A stretch of DNA of 64,000 nt, taken from NCBI RefSeq assembly GCF_018977255.1, contig NW_024704743.1, forward strand, positions 74,340,001-74,404,000, given 5' to 3'. Shown piece after piece: positions 25,606-40,179 of this stretch (within the stretch, counting starts at the first letter, position 1; every line of letters begins with the position of its first letter). The stretch comes from Callorhinchus milii. Lineage: Eukaryota. Below the pieces are notes generated by a model. It saw only the letters and a program-made list of their open reading frames with translations. It searched no databases and was not told the DNA's origin. Position numbers and translations under genes: made by a program.

Positions 25606-28600
25606 ATTTTAACAGGTACGGAAAGCTTCACACTTCATTCTACCTTAACTATTAGATCAGGCTCAGTGTTGTGTCTCTATGAAACTCTACTCATCACTCA
25701 TAGCATCCTAATCAATCTACAGCATCAAGCGCAATTTGCCCCCTGTTCATAACTTCCAAGTCGATTATTAGAACTTCTAAGTACAACTGTGCTGAAATAA
25801 AAAAACTAATGACCATCTTCTGGCCCCTCCAGCTGCTTCTTTTCCTGGTCTCCTGAACAATGCCATTGGGACACCCAATGTCCACTTGAACAGGAAGGCT
25901 GCACCTCTGTCCAGCAACTCATCTGAAGGACAACATCATTGACAATCTGGTACACCTCCAGCACTGCAACTGTAATGGAAACTCAGACCATAAACTCCAC
26001 CCCTCCCAATCCCCTCTCTCTTACCTCTCCATTCCATTCCGCCTTATCTATGCATCAAGTCTCCTCTTAAATTCACTGATGCTTTCTGCTTCAACCACAG
26101 CATCTGACAGCGAATTCCACATTCTCACTATCCTCTGTGTAAGGAAGTTTCACTTCAACTCTTTTTGTAGGTGTTCACCTATACGATTTGTGAACTTTCA
26201 AAACACTAACGATTCAAATGACAGAATTGTATAATAAATGTGATTGATGTTCAATCAGAAATCTAGCATATAAATGAAGAATACTTAACAACACTTTTTT
26301 AATGGATCAACCATGCTAATGTGCTATTCTGAGATAATTTAACAGAGCAGAGCAACCTGGCCTTTTATTTGCTTACAATGAAAAATTGCTCAGTATTTAC
26401 ATTTGGCTTAATATTTTTTGATTTGATAAATTAAAAAAGTATGAAGATTTTCCCAAATGTAATCTAAAATATATCTGAAATCTGCATTTCACAAAACAAA
26501 TTCGAAATTTCAACAATGGTAAAAGAAGAGCACATTAGCCACTCAATTTACTAATAATTATCCATTTTACAAATAAAGTCCAAGTATGCCCTCTGCTGGA
26601 TTCAGACTAAACAAACTGATAGACATGTTTTTTTCTAACAGGTGGGAGAAACAAAATAATCATACTTGTTCTAGATCAGGCATTCCATCAGATCAAAGAA
26701 CGATGCGTTACAGGACTTTTTCTATTCTTTCTGATCCACTTACAAAAAAAAGTCAACAGAATAGCTGACTGTAAATCTCTGCACTAACAATCCTCACCTG
26801 TAGTGAGCAGCAAACATGTATCTCACTTGTATCCTTCAGCTCACATGCCCAGCTTTCTCATTGCTGACTGTTGAACATTACAGCTTCCATTATCAGAGGA
26901 CGTTCGCTTTGGCTTCCTACTCTCAACAGCACGCACATCTCATCAAGTCAGTAGATGTCAGGTTTGCAATCTTCTTTTACTGTGCGCATTCATTGTTTAT
27001 AATAGTTTCCATCAATGCAACACTTCCTGACACTTTCTTCCACAGTCATAAGAAAATCTCCTCACCAGCTCCCATAACCTCTGCTCCTCTAAGCTTTTTT
27101 TTATTAAAAAGAAAGCTTCTTTTGAGAACTCCTACTCCTCCAGTCTCTTTCAATCATTTATTAATTGCACAGTATCTCGGATGTTCCATGTTAAATCCTC
27201 AACCTCTGCTGTATTAGCTTAAGCGTCACTTGTCACACTTACTAATGAACACCACCTTCATGGTCAGCACATTTCACAATTTACTTTCAAATCTCTATAA
27301 CCTATATTTATCCAAATTCAATTTCATTGCTTAGCCCTTCTATTTAATTCATCAGAATTGCTCTCAATAATGCCAATCTCCTATCTGCTCCTTATATGGT
27401 CACAGCTATGGTGCCTGCAAATGTGATAAAATAATTAGACCTTCATCAAATTATTCACTATGGGGGCAAGTTCACTAGCTATCAATTACAGTCAGAGCTA
27501 CTTCTTTAAGTTTCTCATTGTTAAATAGTTTTCCAATCTTATCAAATATCATGAGCTCAGAGGAGGAAGCAGAGCTCCACAAAACACTATCCCTGAAGCT
27601 TCCATCATAGAAAAACATTGCTGTGAACATAGACATGTCAACAGTCCTGCCGCAGTCAAAACAAGATCACAAAATTACGTAGGACCAAGAAATACGATTT
27701 AAGGGCAATGTGAATGTCTTTGCTGAATCCAGTTTACGATATAGGGCAATAATATAAACACCTCCACTACCACATGTTGGAAGAGAGTCCAGGTTAGCTG
27801 GCTGCTGAGGAAAAATTCCACTCTGCGTTATGACTGCTCTCGCTGGCTCGTAATGAGAAAAGTGACATTAGGAATCAGCCTCTGAATACTGAATTGGTTA
27901 TGTAAATATACATAGGCCACTCCAGTAATTATTTTGATTAATAATACCTCCACAGCTATAATGCTCAACATTTTTCACTATAAACTAACCAATTCATTAC
28001 ATTGTCAAAACCATCCCAATTAATACAGTAGTGGTACAAACTGATTAATGCACGATAACTGTTGAAATTTGGCACATCAATAAACAGAAATTCTAATATT
28101 GTTTCTGAAACAGGGTCATCTGCAAAATGTAAATCTTTTTTTCAGATTTCTACCATTTAAAGATTTGTCTTTTTAGTACGGGTGATTGATACATTTATAC
28201 ACAAAGGCTGCTTTGGGAGAGAACAAACATCTTTTATTTTCCACTGGGTCCTCTCCCGAGGAACTTGGGTTACAGTACTGTTTTCAATTTTAGGCAGACA
28301 ATATTAGGAAGGATACATAAGCCTTGGAGGGCATCCAATAATGATTCACTAAATTAATATCTGAAATGAAGAGGCTAGCCTATGAAGAGATGCTGTGCTA
28401 TGATAAGAGTTTGTCTAGGTTTTGGTTGTATTCCTTAGAGCAGAGGGAAATATGAAGTGTTTAAAATAATAAAGGGAATTGATAAGCTAGAAAATGGATT
28501 AATTAATAACAACTAGCGTTTAAATAGCACTTTCATGTAAGAATGTCTTGCAGCGCTTTACAATGACAGACACTGAGCAAAGGAGAAGGGATAGGGGAAA

Positions 28601-29115
28601 AAATAAATGGATGGTAGTTGAGGTCAAAGAGGCAGGTGTTCAGGCAGCATTTAAAAACACATAACAGAGGAGTAGAGAGGGGGAGTTAGAGGTAAGCAGG
28701 TAGTAGCTGAAGGCTCGGCCACGCTTGGTGCACAGAAGACAGACCGTAAGCCCGAGTTAGCCGAGTGCAGGGGGCAAAAGGAGTGGGTGAGGGGAAGAGA
28801 TTGGAAGGTCCTAAGTCATGAGGGAATTTATTGGTGAAGGTGAAGACTTTGATCCATTGGGAGACAATGGAGCCTCTTGACCTGGGATGATGGGCACACA
28901 GTTCAGTGCTGGGAGAATGTCAGTGCTGGAACCCAGTCTCTTCCAGGAGGGAGATGATGACAGTGGTTTAGAATGGGAAGTCGATGGTGTCACAAGACAG
29001 CATGGGGCAGAGGAGGGGACACTAGATGATAATTATAAATGAGACCAGAAAACATTTACATATATAAAAGCATAGTCATCTTCATAAAGTATAAAAATGC
29101 TAATATTAAACTTAC

Positions 29116-29241
29116 TTCTACAGCCACGACCAGCAGAACAAGCTCTGTGCTGTTCTCGAAAAAGCTCCTTGCTTGGGGTGATATCCCAATCAACCCACAA
29201 TTGGTGATCACTGCTATCACTCCCATCGTCTCAAAGGCCAG
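29116..29241 (-). CDS. ANO10: ANO10 coding exon 10 ([42 protein letters not shown])
   Basis: 126 bp, TAG/GTAAGT, phase 0-0, translated by hand. Confidence 0.95.
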
Positions 29242-29709
29242 CTACAGAAATGTCAAATCAGAATAATACAAATAAAATCTCAGATTTTATCTGAAGATTT
29301 AACAATCTTCTTCCATAAAATTAGTCATACTTTCCAGTATATCCCATGAAGTGCTTTAAATGTCCTCCCAACGTAAAAATGTGCTGTATCAAATGTAAGT
29401 ATTATGATTATTATCTTTAGATTCTGCCAAATAGAACCAATTTGCTCCAAACTACACAAAATTAATGTATTATTTTGGCTAAACTGGAATTGTAGTAGTA
29501 TTAAAATTGCATTGCACTTTAAGGTTTCTAACAAACAATGGATTAGGAATTACCTAAAAAATTCTTACTGATACCAGAGCACCAACAAGCATTTTTTAGG
29601 TAATTCCTAATAGAAAGGAGTTGGGAATTAGGTCATTCCTAATCCCAGAGCACCAACAAGAAATTTGATTGAGAGATATTAACTGCAGTTCTATGCTAAC
29701 TCTCCACAC

Positions 29710-30200
29710 ACCAGACTTCCCAACTCTTCACTCCACAAGCTATGGATTAATCAGAACTCTAATCTTCGCCCAGTTTCACTGGCTCACCATCCCCCAGAGG
29801 ATTGTTTAAGATCCTCGTCCTCACCTTTAAAGCTCTCCACAGTCTTGCCCCTCCAATACTTCTGCAGCCTGCAACCTTACCAACTTGTCCGCTCCGTCTA
29901 CTTGGCAGACACTGGCCTACTCCATGTTCCCCCGCCCTGGCCGTCCCACCATTGGCGATTGAACTTTCAGTCTTTCTGCTCCCACCCTCTTGAACTCTCC
30001 ATCCCAGAGTCCATTCACCTCACCTCCTCTCTTGCCTCCTTCAAAGCCCGTCTAAAGGCTTTTGCGTTTGACCCCACCTTCGATCATCCTCCCACCTCCA
30101 CCTCCCGAGGTTCCAACACTCAGCTTGAGTGTAAATCCTTGGCTGTCCAGTGCCTCCTCCAAATGTGAAAGACACTATGTAAATGCAATTTGTTGTTGTT
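29710..30200 (+). mobile_element. L2 3' fragment
   Basis: FKILVLTFKALHSLAP and a tail with (ttg)n. Confidence 0.75.
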
Positions 30201-30459
30201 GGATCTGTCCTAATCCCGGGTGACATGGTCCCAGTATCCTTGGGTCATTTTGTTCTCTTAGATATTGGGCAATATCTACTGTAGGTGGAGGATGAACAAA
30301 TAAAGGAGTAATTCTCAAGAGTAAAATATAACAACAAATTGTATTTATATTGCTTTTCATGTCAGGAGAACATGCTACGGTGCAAGTGTTTACAAGTAAA
30401 ATATCTCGAAATTTTAACAAGATGGAATATTGAAGTGCAAACAATTGAACTCTGGTTAC

Positions 30460-30651
30460 CTGCCAGACTCCAATGTCAGATGCAGGTTCTGAAAAAGGTC
30501 GTTTGAAGACGCGACACATTTTCAAGCCGTCAGAGTAGACCTCTGTGATGTTGTTCAATATGGCAAGTATAGCTGCCAGTGGATAAACACAGGAGAAAAG
30601 GCTAACATAGCCAAACTGCAGAAATAGCTCTAAGTAATCATCAAAAGTTCC
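30460..30651 (-). CDS. ANO10: ANO10 coding exon 9 ([27 protein letters not shown]...[20 protein letters not shown]...IGVWQ)
   Basis: 192 bp, CAG/GT boundaries. Carries the anoctamin Ca2+-site motifs DYLE..LQFG and NN..E...D. Confidence 0.97.
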
Positions 30652-32319
30652 CTGTGGAGACAAAAAGTTTGATCAAAAATAAAAAACACATTTTAAAACA
30701 ATTATATTAAATACATGAATGAGAGCTGGAGTTTTTAAAATACTGATGTTATTAATGAGGAATTGGAATGCAGTAGTTTGGAATTCTGGTACAGCAATGG
30801 ATTGAAATACTAAACATGTTCTTTCATGCGGTTCTTCAAATACTGAGTTGTTTATCTTGGCCAGACCATCAATAAGTGAGTGAATATCAGTGGGCCAAAT
30901 TTAATAGCTGGTTCCAAGTTTAATTGGCCCAAAGGCACTAACAGTGGAGAAAGAGAAAGATACTTTGCTGAAACAATCTTTCGATTAAATCTGAGCAGTC
31001 TGTGAGCATAATAATTCAATACATTAGAATTGTGAGTAACTATCTACATATTCATCATCTAGGCTGATGCTCTAATATAGTGTGAGGGGAGAACAGCATT
31101 GTTGGAGGTGCAGTGCTTCAGATGAAATGTTAAACTGACGTCCCACCTGCCTGTTCAGGTAGACACGTATTATCTACTGTTTCTTCAACTGCATACAACT
31201 TTAAATTATAAATTTGTGATATGATTTTACTGGGGTAGGTTTAAGGTTTATTATTGTACTTCTCTCCATGTAATGATTTCTGATATCATTGTAGAGAGTA
31301 CATTGTGCAATCCACTAGGCTTGTTGTTAGTATTGTTCTGCTTGATTGAAATTCTAAATAAATCACAAAAAGTGACCCGTTGTACATATGCACAGATACT
31401 GATTGCCAGATAATTTTAGCATTAAGAGCAGAGTGCTATCACCTCCAATAACCTTAAGGGCAAACTTATTTCAAAATTGTGCTTTGTAACAGCTGCACTC
31501 AGACAGACTGCAGTTACTCTACAACTGTGTGCATCGATTCGAATATGAAGCCGCCTCCTAGAATTAGTTTCCCAAGAAGTCCTTCAAATCAATATCACTT
31601 CATCTTCTCAAAGTAAGATACAGTATACTTTTTAACATTGATTCATCACAAAAACACAAAGAATCATTGCCACTCGAGTTGTGTAGCTGCAGCATTAAAT
31701 GTTTCAGTGTTGTTATTTATGCATTAAACACAAAAAATAATGAGTTAGAGAATAACCAAACTATACTAATGACTGTTAAGATATTTGATATATCTGATGT
31801 CCTCTATAGTTAAAGTACAATAAGAAAATGCAGTGATATCTTGTTCCTATTCTGAGAAGTATTGAACCAAGTAGACTCGTTAAGCATGTTCTCCAGAATG
31901 TCAGTATCTCTGACTCAATATACACTATACACCAATATACATATCCTGCATAAAGTAATGGCCTAGATAATAATCCTCATCTTGACATCAAGAATAGCAA
32001 TCATTTTCATACTGATTCAACATTGCTGCTATGAAGCTTTAATTCTGAAGATTAGATCTGATCGGGTCTTCGCCTAGCTCCTATCTATTGAATGTGGTAA
32101 ACCTATTCACACTTTTACTTGTTGTGCTCAGAAAATCATTTAAAAGGTTCTTTGATAAGATAAACAGATATAAGCCAAGAAACAAAATAGCATAACTGTA
32201 CATAACTACCTCATTACATTATCTCTGATCCCAACAGGTTCCCATTCTCATATTGTTAACCTGTTTGCTCCCTCAAAGGCAAAATCCAATTCTAGGGCTA
32301 TAACAAAACTTATGAGTGA

Positions 32320-32559
32320 TGGAATTTTACATGTTAATAGAGGCATTTTAAGATTGTACTTTTCCCGACAGTAACCCTGGGTTTGGGAGGCATGCATGTG
32401 TTGGCAAGAACATTGTGTAACTCTCGGCAAAAAGCACTGGCATCAAGACTTTCCAAGAGTTACACAATGTTCTTACCAAAACATACGTATCTCGTATCCC
32501 AGCATGACTGTCGGGAGAAATACAATTCGAAAATGCCTCTATTAACATACAAAATTCCA
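32320..32559. repeat. ~240-bp imperfect palindrome (MITE or fold-back-like)
   Basis: Arms of about 105 bp, about 80% complementary by eye. Mirrored peptides appear in the ORF track (CREKYN.KMPLLT.KIP on both strands). Confidence 0.85.
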
Positions 32560-34829
32560 ATTCAGTATTTACGGAAAGCAGAAAAGAGCTTTTCTCAAAT
32601 AAAAAATTTACTGGTGAGGCAAAGACATAGGTAAGAATTCCCCAGATGTCCTGACACCACTCCATTATGTGGAGGACCTGACCCCTTCTACAGTAAGGCA
32701 TGTGGGGCCAATACACATAAACCACAACTCCTCGATACGACAAAATAAAGAAACAATGATAACAACATGGATGCTAATGAAATTGGTTATTGTCTGGCTG
32801 TTAATATTTAGAGATTCAATGGAAACTGAAATAATGCCTCAGGGTTAGAAAAAGGAGGAAATATAACGATAACGTATTGTTGTTTGAAGATATAACAGTC
32901 CTTGTGGATAAGAGGAAGTTATACATTTAGAGTTTGACACAGCCTTTGACACAATGCTATACAAGAGATTCATCCACAAGATGGGAAGGCAGAAATTTGT
33001 CAGGAGAGAAATGAGTGTGTAAAGTTAACCATAACTTTAGCTTTATCTAAAACGTGTTTAATTTTAGATATTGTGGTGGCATGCCAAGCTCACCAGTTAA
33101 CAAAGTTTTGTGTTTACAGCCCTCAATTAGTTCAATTCCATGACAGACATCAATTCTGATTTGGCCAGATAAACAGGAAATTGCTGAACATGTGCACTCC
33201 ATTGCATAGATTTAGAATGCGTAAATATCTCCAGGCTAAGGGAACAATCTGTTTTTTGTATTTATCTCAATGTTCTCAGGAAATATTTGGAAAGTTTTGT
33301 TATGGAAACTTGAATAATTCTCAGACCTTTACACATATTCACAAACATGATAACGCCCTAGTATAATACATGCTTGGCTATACAAATGTAATGTTGTTGT
33401 TGGCTTGGCTATTCTGTTAATTTAAACAATATGTTTTGGTCAGCCAGGTGTTTGATACATGCAGAAAACTCTTTACCATTCAATCGAGTAACCAAACCAG
33501 ACTGAGCTCCACAAATGTATGCCACCAATACATAGAAATTTTAATGTTTCTGGAATGGAATGCATACTCTCTCCCTGGTAGGATGCACTCTGCTTATCCA
33601 ATTCCAGAGAGTATTAGGCACAGAGTGAGGTTTGAGGATCCGAACATGTGCGTGAATATGGGTGGAGTCTAGCCACCTAAAGCTTATAGCTGGCAGGTCT
33701 ATCAATGCCCTGGGGAAAACACCTGGCTCAGGAACTAAACTACCAAGACAGCTGCACAGCCACACATTGACTAGCTCCAACATATAATAATAATAATAAT
33801 AATAATCCTTGCATTTGATATAGCGCTTTTCACGTCGGGAGGACGTCCCAAAGCGCCTCACAGAACACACTGTAAAGTGAATTGACTTTACTTTATGTTG
33901 TTGAACACGTCACCATGGAGCTAGTCAGTTCAAAGAAGATGCCACTTATCTGCACCCCGCACGGTGGATAGTCACTAGTTGGTTTTTTGACATCCGACAA
34001 ATGATGTAGGTTTGAGCTTGCAATACGTGGACAGTGAACCTTGAAGTAATCTATCAAAAGTAGCCAGATTATTCATGGCAGTCTCTACACCCAAGAGCTT
34101 GCAATTCTAGACTAAACAGGTTGAATAAAAGTGTGCTCATAAAAGAATACCAAACAACTTTCACAGGATATGTATTTACAGACGAACAATGATCTGTGAA
34201 TCAAGTAACTTGATGAAAGTATTTAATCAAATGCATCAGCCTCACTCCTCCATAACCACAAGTATGTTTCAGCACCACAGAGGTTGGAGAGAAGTTACAT
34301 CTAAGAGGAATAAGATGCCCAGGATAATGTGAAAGAACATGCTCTGGGCACCTAAATGCCAATATTCTTATGTCAGTTAGTCAGTGGTATTTCATAACAT
34401 TTATAATTTTGAAAATGACTAACACCAAACAGATGTCTGAGTCAAGTCAAGTTAGTACAAGCTTGGTCTGTGAGGCAGATGTTTCCTGCTAGTGGGAATC
34501 ATCTTTCACTATTTTACACTTAAAGAATTCTGAATTCCTCAGATCCCCTCAACCTCAACCTCAAAACAAGCCCATATTTTGGAAACCACTCCTCATAACC
34601 CTTCATCTCTGGTATCAATGTAATAGAATGCAATGTAATATTGTGAAATGTAACAGAATGCAAGTGCTCTGAGTCACTACCCCACCGTGAAGAGTACTAT
34701 ATAAATGCGATTAGTTGTAGAATGTAAAACGGTAAGGGAAAAGTGCAGAGAGCAGAAATTAGAACAGTTAGCTCTAATGCAGCAGCACTATTTTACATTC
34801 AATGAGCCGAATAACTTCCCATCATGTAA

Positions 34830-35340
34830 CTTCAAATCTGATTCAGACCCCATATCCGTGCCATGACTTGTTCTGCTCCCACCCACGTAATATCACCCAA
34901 TTCCGCCACTGCCTCTCCTCTCAAGCCGCCGAGTCTCTCATCCATGCATTCATAACATCCAGACTCTATAGGTAATTCCCTGCTTGTTGATCGTCTCAAC
35001 TCGTCCCTCCACAAGCTGCAGATTATTCAGAACCCTGCAGTTTGTGTCCTTTCCCACACCAGGCTCTGTAAACCCATCACCCCCCAACCTTGATCAATTC
35101 AAATCCTCGTCCTCGCTTTCAAAGACCTCCACAGCCTGCTCATCCCTACCTCTGTGACCTGCTAACTCCATACCGGCCTCCCTTTGCTTGGCGGACTCTG
35201 TTCTGAACGTCCCCCGCCCGACCCACCCCACTTCAACCTTTCTGTCCCCAACCTTTGGAGCTCCATCCCATCATCCCTTCGCCTTGCTCGCTCCCTTGCC
35301 TCCCAACGTGAAAGGTGCTATAAAAATGTAATTTGTTGTT
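34830..35340 (+). mobile_element. Degenerate L2 3' fragment
   Basis: ctccacaagctgcagattattcagaac and a tail remnant. Confidence 0.7.
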
Positions 35341-35661
35341 CTAACATTGCAGCATATCATGTTCTGACCTAAAGGGTCTAAGATTGCTAAGTGAGAACAG
35401 ATTTAGTGTCCATTCAAGATGGCATGTCAGTTTAGACTATTGTGCTATCTGATACACACAACACATGAATGGCCATGTTCGGATACTTGAAGCTTCTTTG
35501 AATCCAACCAAGTATTCACAATGCAATTATTATATGAACATAAATGAATATTAAAAAATGAAAATTGTAACATATAATCTGGCTTTAGCCCAGATTATTT
35601 AATCAATAATTAAAAACTGCATTTGTTTAAAGGGGAAGGTTATCCTATTAAATTGTCATAT

Positions 35662-36009
35662 GATAATAATAATAATAATCCTTGCAATTGATGTAGCGCC
35701 TTATCATGTCTTCTAGACGTCTCAAAGCGCTTCACAGAATATACTGTGAAGTGAATTGACTCTACATTTTGTGGGTGAAACGCGGAAGCCAATTGCGCAA
35801 AGCAGTGTCCTACAAACAGTTGTGGATTGACTGACCAAATTATTATTCTTATTTTTTTTGATGGGATCATTACCCCTGGAATAGCGATCTGAACTGATTA
35901 ACAATTTACTTACTGCTAAGTAGACAGAGCCATGTGGAGAAAGGTAAATTGAACCCAGGTCCTCTCGCTTGCGAAGCGCGTGCTCTAACCATTAAGCTAC
36001 AGGATTCCA
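35662..36009 (-). mobile_element. tRNA SINE, long variant
   Basis: Reverse-complement head (gctctaaccattaagctacagga), core and tail. Confidence 0.85.
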
Positions 36010-37314
36010 TTGCTACATTTTATAGTAAAAGACGTACATAAATAGCAATGTATCAACCTCATTATCTTTTTTTATAATTTAAAACTGTTGGCTGCAGATG
36101 ACTGATCAGGAACTTCCACTGCAGTGAATATACAATGTCGTTCTTATTCATGATGTTACACAAGAGGAACTGGCTCCAAGAAGTAGCTTTGGAACGCAGA
36201 GGAAATAAAGAGGAACTGAAAGCTGCTGATACATGCACAATCTTTATAGCGTTAAAAGTGAATACATTTTCCCTTTAAAATCAATTAAGTGGTTTCATGC
36301 AAAAAACGAATGTATTTAGTATCAGAATGTGAAAATGTCATCAAATTTCCTTCCTCCATCGTCTAACACAAAACCTACCCTATCCTGGACTTCATCTGAC
36401 TCACATCCCCTGGAGCAAACCTCTCCCCAGAGGATTTATTATTTTCAGTCAGCACTCCAGTATTTTCTAATCTTTTGTTCTGCATGCAACTTTTTAAGTA
36501 TAAACCGATGCCCTCCAGTTCGGCCTCACTAATCCACGAGGTGAAAACCTAGTTCACAGCAGCATTTCCACCTGTCCCATTTTCCTCTGGCACTTTTGTT
36601 TTGTTCTATTGGTGTCAGTTGTACATCAGATAACATAGCCATTTTAATACATTATAAGTATGTGCAAATCAATGTAAACAGCAAAAGGGATGTGACCCTA
36701 AAAAATGTGGGAATCCTAAGTGAAGTATAACCCAGAGTGCAGGTTTGAGGTTGAGAAGAATGGGAATCAGGTTTACACAAATCAACTAATGGTGAGGCAA
36801 CACCAAGCCGGGGACTTAAAATCCTGTAAATTGAAGGAGAAAAGAAAAAGTAGTGATAAGAAGCTGCACAATTTGGAAGTTCTGAGAAACAGCAGAATAG
36901 ATGGAAAAGATAATATTGAGAAGGAGGTATTATCTATAGATAATACTTGCCCAAGGTTAGGCAGGGTAAAACCTTGGGCAAGTTTCCTTACTCCACACGC
37001 CTAATAATAATCCCTCCAAAACCAAAAACAAGTTAAATACAGATTTTTGGAGTTCACAGCTTTTTCTTATAACATGGTGCTAACTGAGCAGACTCATGTA
37101 AATGACTAGTATTTAAGGGACATAATTCTAATCCATATAATGTTCATGGGTTTAAAAATCTAACACAGATCATTTTATAATACCTAAATATAAAGTTGGA
37201 ATTAAATCAGTTTTGGAGCAACCAAAATACTGGATTACATTTCAAAACTTCTGATGTGCTGGTATTGCTGATCTGCCCATTTCATTCTACTCAGTCATTC
37301 TGATTTAAACTCAC

Positions 37315-37497
37315 CAAATACGTATCCATTTCTCCTTCCAGCTTGACTTGCTGAACGAATGGAAGTTCTTTCTCTACACGTGAAACTTGAAACTTCTGTT
37401 TGACCTTTCTGTTGCGACGTTTTTGAAGGCAGTAAGGAAGAAAAGATTCAACAACCTGGTTGAGTATTTGCGATGCGATGAGTAAGGTAGCTAGACT
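37315..37497 (-). CDS. ANO10: ANO10 coding exon 8 (SLATLLIASQILNQVVESFLPYCLQK...QVKLEGEMDTYL)
   Basis: 183 bp, TAG/GTGAGT, phase 0-0. Confidence 0.95.
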
Positions 37498-38254
37498 CTA
37501 TAACAAAACAAATTAGTCAAAATGCAGCATATGCATTAAAATTGTAAATATTCATAAACATTAAGATGCTAGCTATTGTTTCATTGTTGTCTATGGACAG
37601 GAAATTCCCCATGTTCCTAAGTGACTATAATTAAAATAATCCTGTGATACAGAATCTTATCACGTCGTCAAGATGTTGCAAAATACTTTACAATATATGC
37701 TGTAAAGTGGTGTGCCTGTGAATATTTTGTGCGTGAATACTATGTGAGTTAAGTGACTGAAACATCTTTTAAAACAGTCAATGTTGCTACACTTAGAGGC
37801 ATGAGGAGTTTCTTGTTCAGTATCTACATTTCACAAACCTACAAACACCAGCTATTTTGTGAAACTGTTGAATCATCAGTTGACATTAAGATTAAAGCTT
37901 GATGACTTTCTAAAACAACTTGCATTTAGATAGCACCCTTCACGAGAGTAGACTCTTTCTGAGTTTCATTTAGCGCAAAACCGATATAAACCTCTAACAA
38001 ACTTCTTTACATGGTATATTATGACAGTATGTTCTTACAGAACAAATATTTCTTAGAATATGTCTACTGATTACCAGGGATTTCATCTTCACATTGTGCA
38101 CAAAGTTTCCCCACTTATTTCAATTATTGTAGAATTTTACATTTGACTAAAAACCTTCTGAGAATGAGGTAAGGAACCGGCTTTTCTACACTGCACATAC
38201 TTTTGAATAGATCAGTCATTCAATTGAAGAAAGAAGCACTGAGCAAAATATCTC

Positions 38255-38765
38255 TATCAGCGCCGTGGAGGTTGAAGTGAGAGGAGAGGTGGTGGTTGAA
38301 GACAGAGTGGTCGACAGTGTCGAAGGCAGCAGAGAGATCAAGGAGGACAAGGAGGCAGAGGGAGCCCTGGTCGCAGATGGACAGAATGTCATTTGTCACT
38401 TTGACCAGGGCTGTTTCTGTGCTGTGGGCAGCATGGAAACATGATTGGAGGAGTTCGAGAAGGGAGTGGCGGGAGAGGAAGGAGCGAAGCTGAGAAGCAA
38501 CAACTCGTTCCAGGACCTTAGAGAGGAAGGAGAGGTTGGAAATGGGGCGGTAGTTAGGAAGTAGAGAAGTGTCCAGGGAGGGGTTTTTAAGGATAGGAGT
38601 GATGACAGTGGTTTTTAAAGGGGTGGGAACAGTATCAGAGGACAGGGAGAGATTAACAATGTCAGTGAGTAGAGGGGCAAGGAGGTGGAGCTGGGAGGTA
38701 AGGAGGGGCATAGGGATGGGGTCGAGAGAGCAGGTGGTGGGTTTCATACGGATGGATTTCATCAG
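38255..38765 (-). mobile_element. L2 RT internal fragment
   Basis: TTCSLDPIP...NYRPISNLSFLSKVLERVV...HSTETALVKVTNDI...LLDLSAAFDTVDH. Confidence 0.93.
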
Positions 38766-40011
38766 TTGATTAAAAGGTGTAATATATAACAATTCATAAT
38801 TTATGAAAATCTAAATGCTCCAAAGCAGAGTTAGCAACATCAGCAACAATGAACAGAAGAATGGGAATGAGTCACATGGAGGATGAACATTCAAATAACC
38901 AGGAAAACCATATTAATCTTACTTCACATCTCAGTATGCCTTCAAATGTACAACAAAGCACTGACAAAATACCAGGAGGGAATTAACTTTCATTTCAAAA
39001 ATATGTTAGGAAATCCTTTATTTAATAAATATTCTCAATAAAATATAGAAAATTGGACACATCAAAACAAATAGTTACAAAGTGGCTATGGGCTTCCATA
39101 AGGGTATTAATTAGAATCAAAGCAATGGAAAATACTTGTGTTGAAGCCCTTCATCAATATAAATCTTTTTGATTCGAGAGCTTGTTTGCTTATTCAATGA
39201 TGAATTTATTTATAAGTGTCATGGAATGTCCTCCCGACATGAAAGGTGTGAAAGAAGTTGTATAAATATAAATTGTTTTGTATTATTTACCTAGTCTTAG
39301 AAACATCAACATAATTTTTTAATTAATGGAAGTAAAACAGAGGAGCTGACAAAGAATGCTGGTATTAAATGATTATTTTCTTCAAAGCATGAAGAAGAGC
39401 TTCTCCAAAACCTTACAGTCAAGACTGACTCACAACATTGTCTTGTTAAGATGAAGGTTAATTTACTTTACAGACCGCTGTCAACTTACAACGAACATTC
39501 CACAACCTGACCATTAATACTTTGCTTGGTGATGAGATTGGTTTCCAGATGAAGCACCTACCATGGAGTGACAAGAAATAAATTGAAGTAATCCAAGTCA
39601 GGTGGAAGAGAGGGTAAAGTAGAAGTTTACACAGTACTTAATGATTGGGGATAACTGTGTGGTTGCTATATGACTCTATAGGATAGAACACAGCCTTCCC
39701 ACACTCGCTATCTTCGCTCTGCATGAAGAATCACCATTGGAGTGGCTGAGGACTGCTAGCAACTGTGAAAGCACAGAATACCTGTTATTACCTTCAGAAA
39801 GGCGCACAAATGAGGAGGAAGGAAGGAGCAAATTTCCCTCCCTGTTCAAATGATGGATCTATCCAAAAGTTATGAGGAGATAAAACAAAATGGTTTTTTT
39901 TAGTTTATTCAATTACTGTTTTAGAGTAGTCTTAAAAGCTTCTCCTCCCTCCCCCCCTCAATTCTTAGATAAACATATTCAAGATCACCACTTAGTTGTG
40001 AAAACATTTAC

Positions 40012-40086
40012 CTGTCGAAGAAGTTTCATATCCTGAAGAACAAATGCAATGTAGAAGAGGGATGAGAAACAGTTTGTGAAGTTGAA
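40012..40086 (-). CDS. ANO10: ANO10 coding exon 7 ([25 protein letters not shown])
   Basis: 75 bp, CAG/GTAAAT, phase 0-0, anoctamin FYIAF motif. Confidence 0.95.
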
Positions 40087-40179
40087 CTGGAGAACAGAAA
40101 GAATTGGTTTCATTAACAAAATCAACAGCCAAGTTTAAACCAATTTACAAGAAAATTCCTCAGGAACGTAGCAACAACT

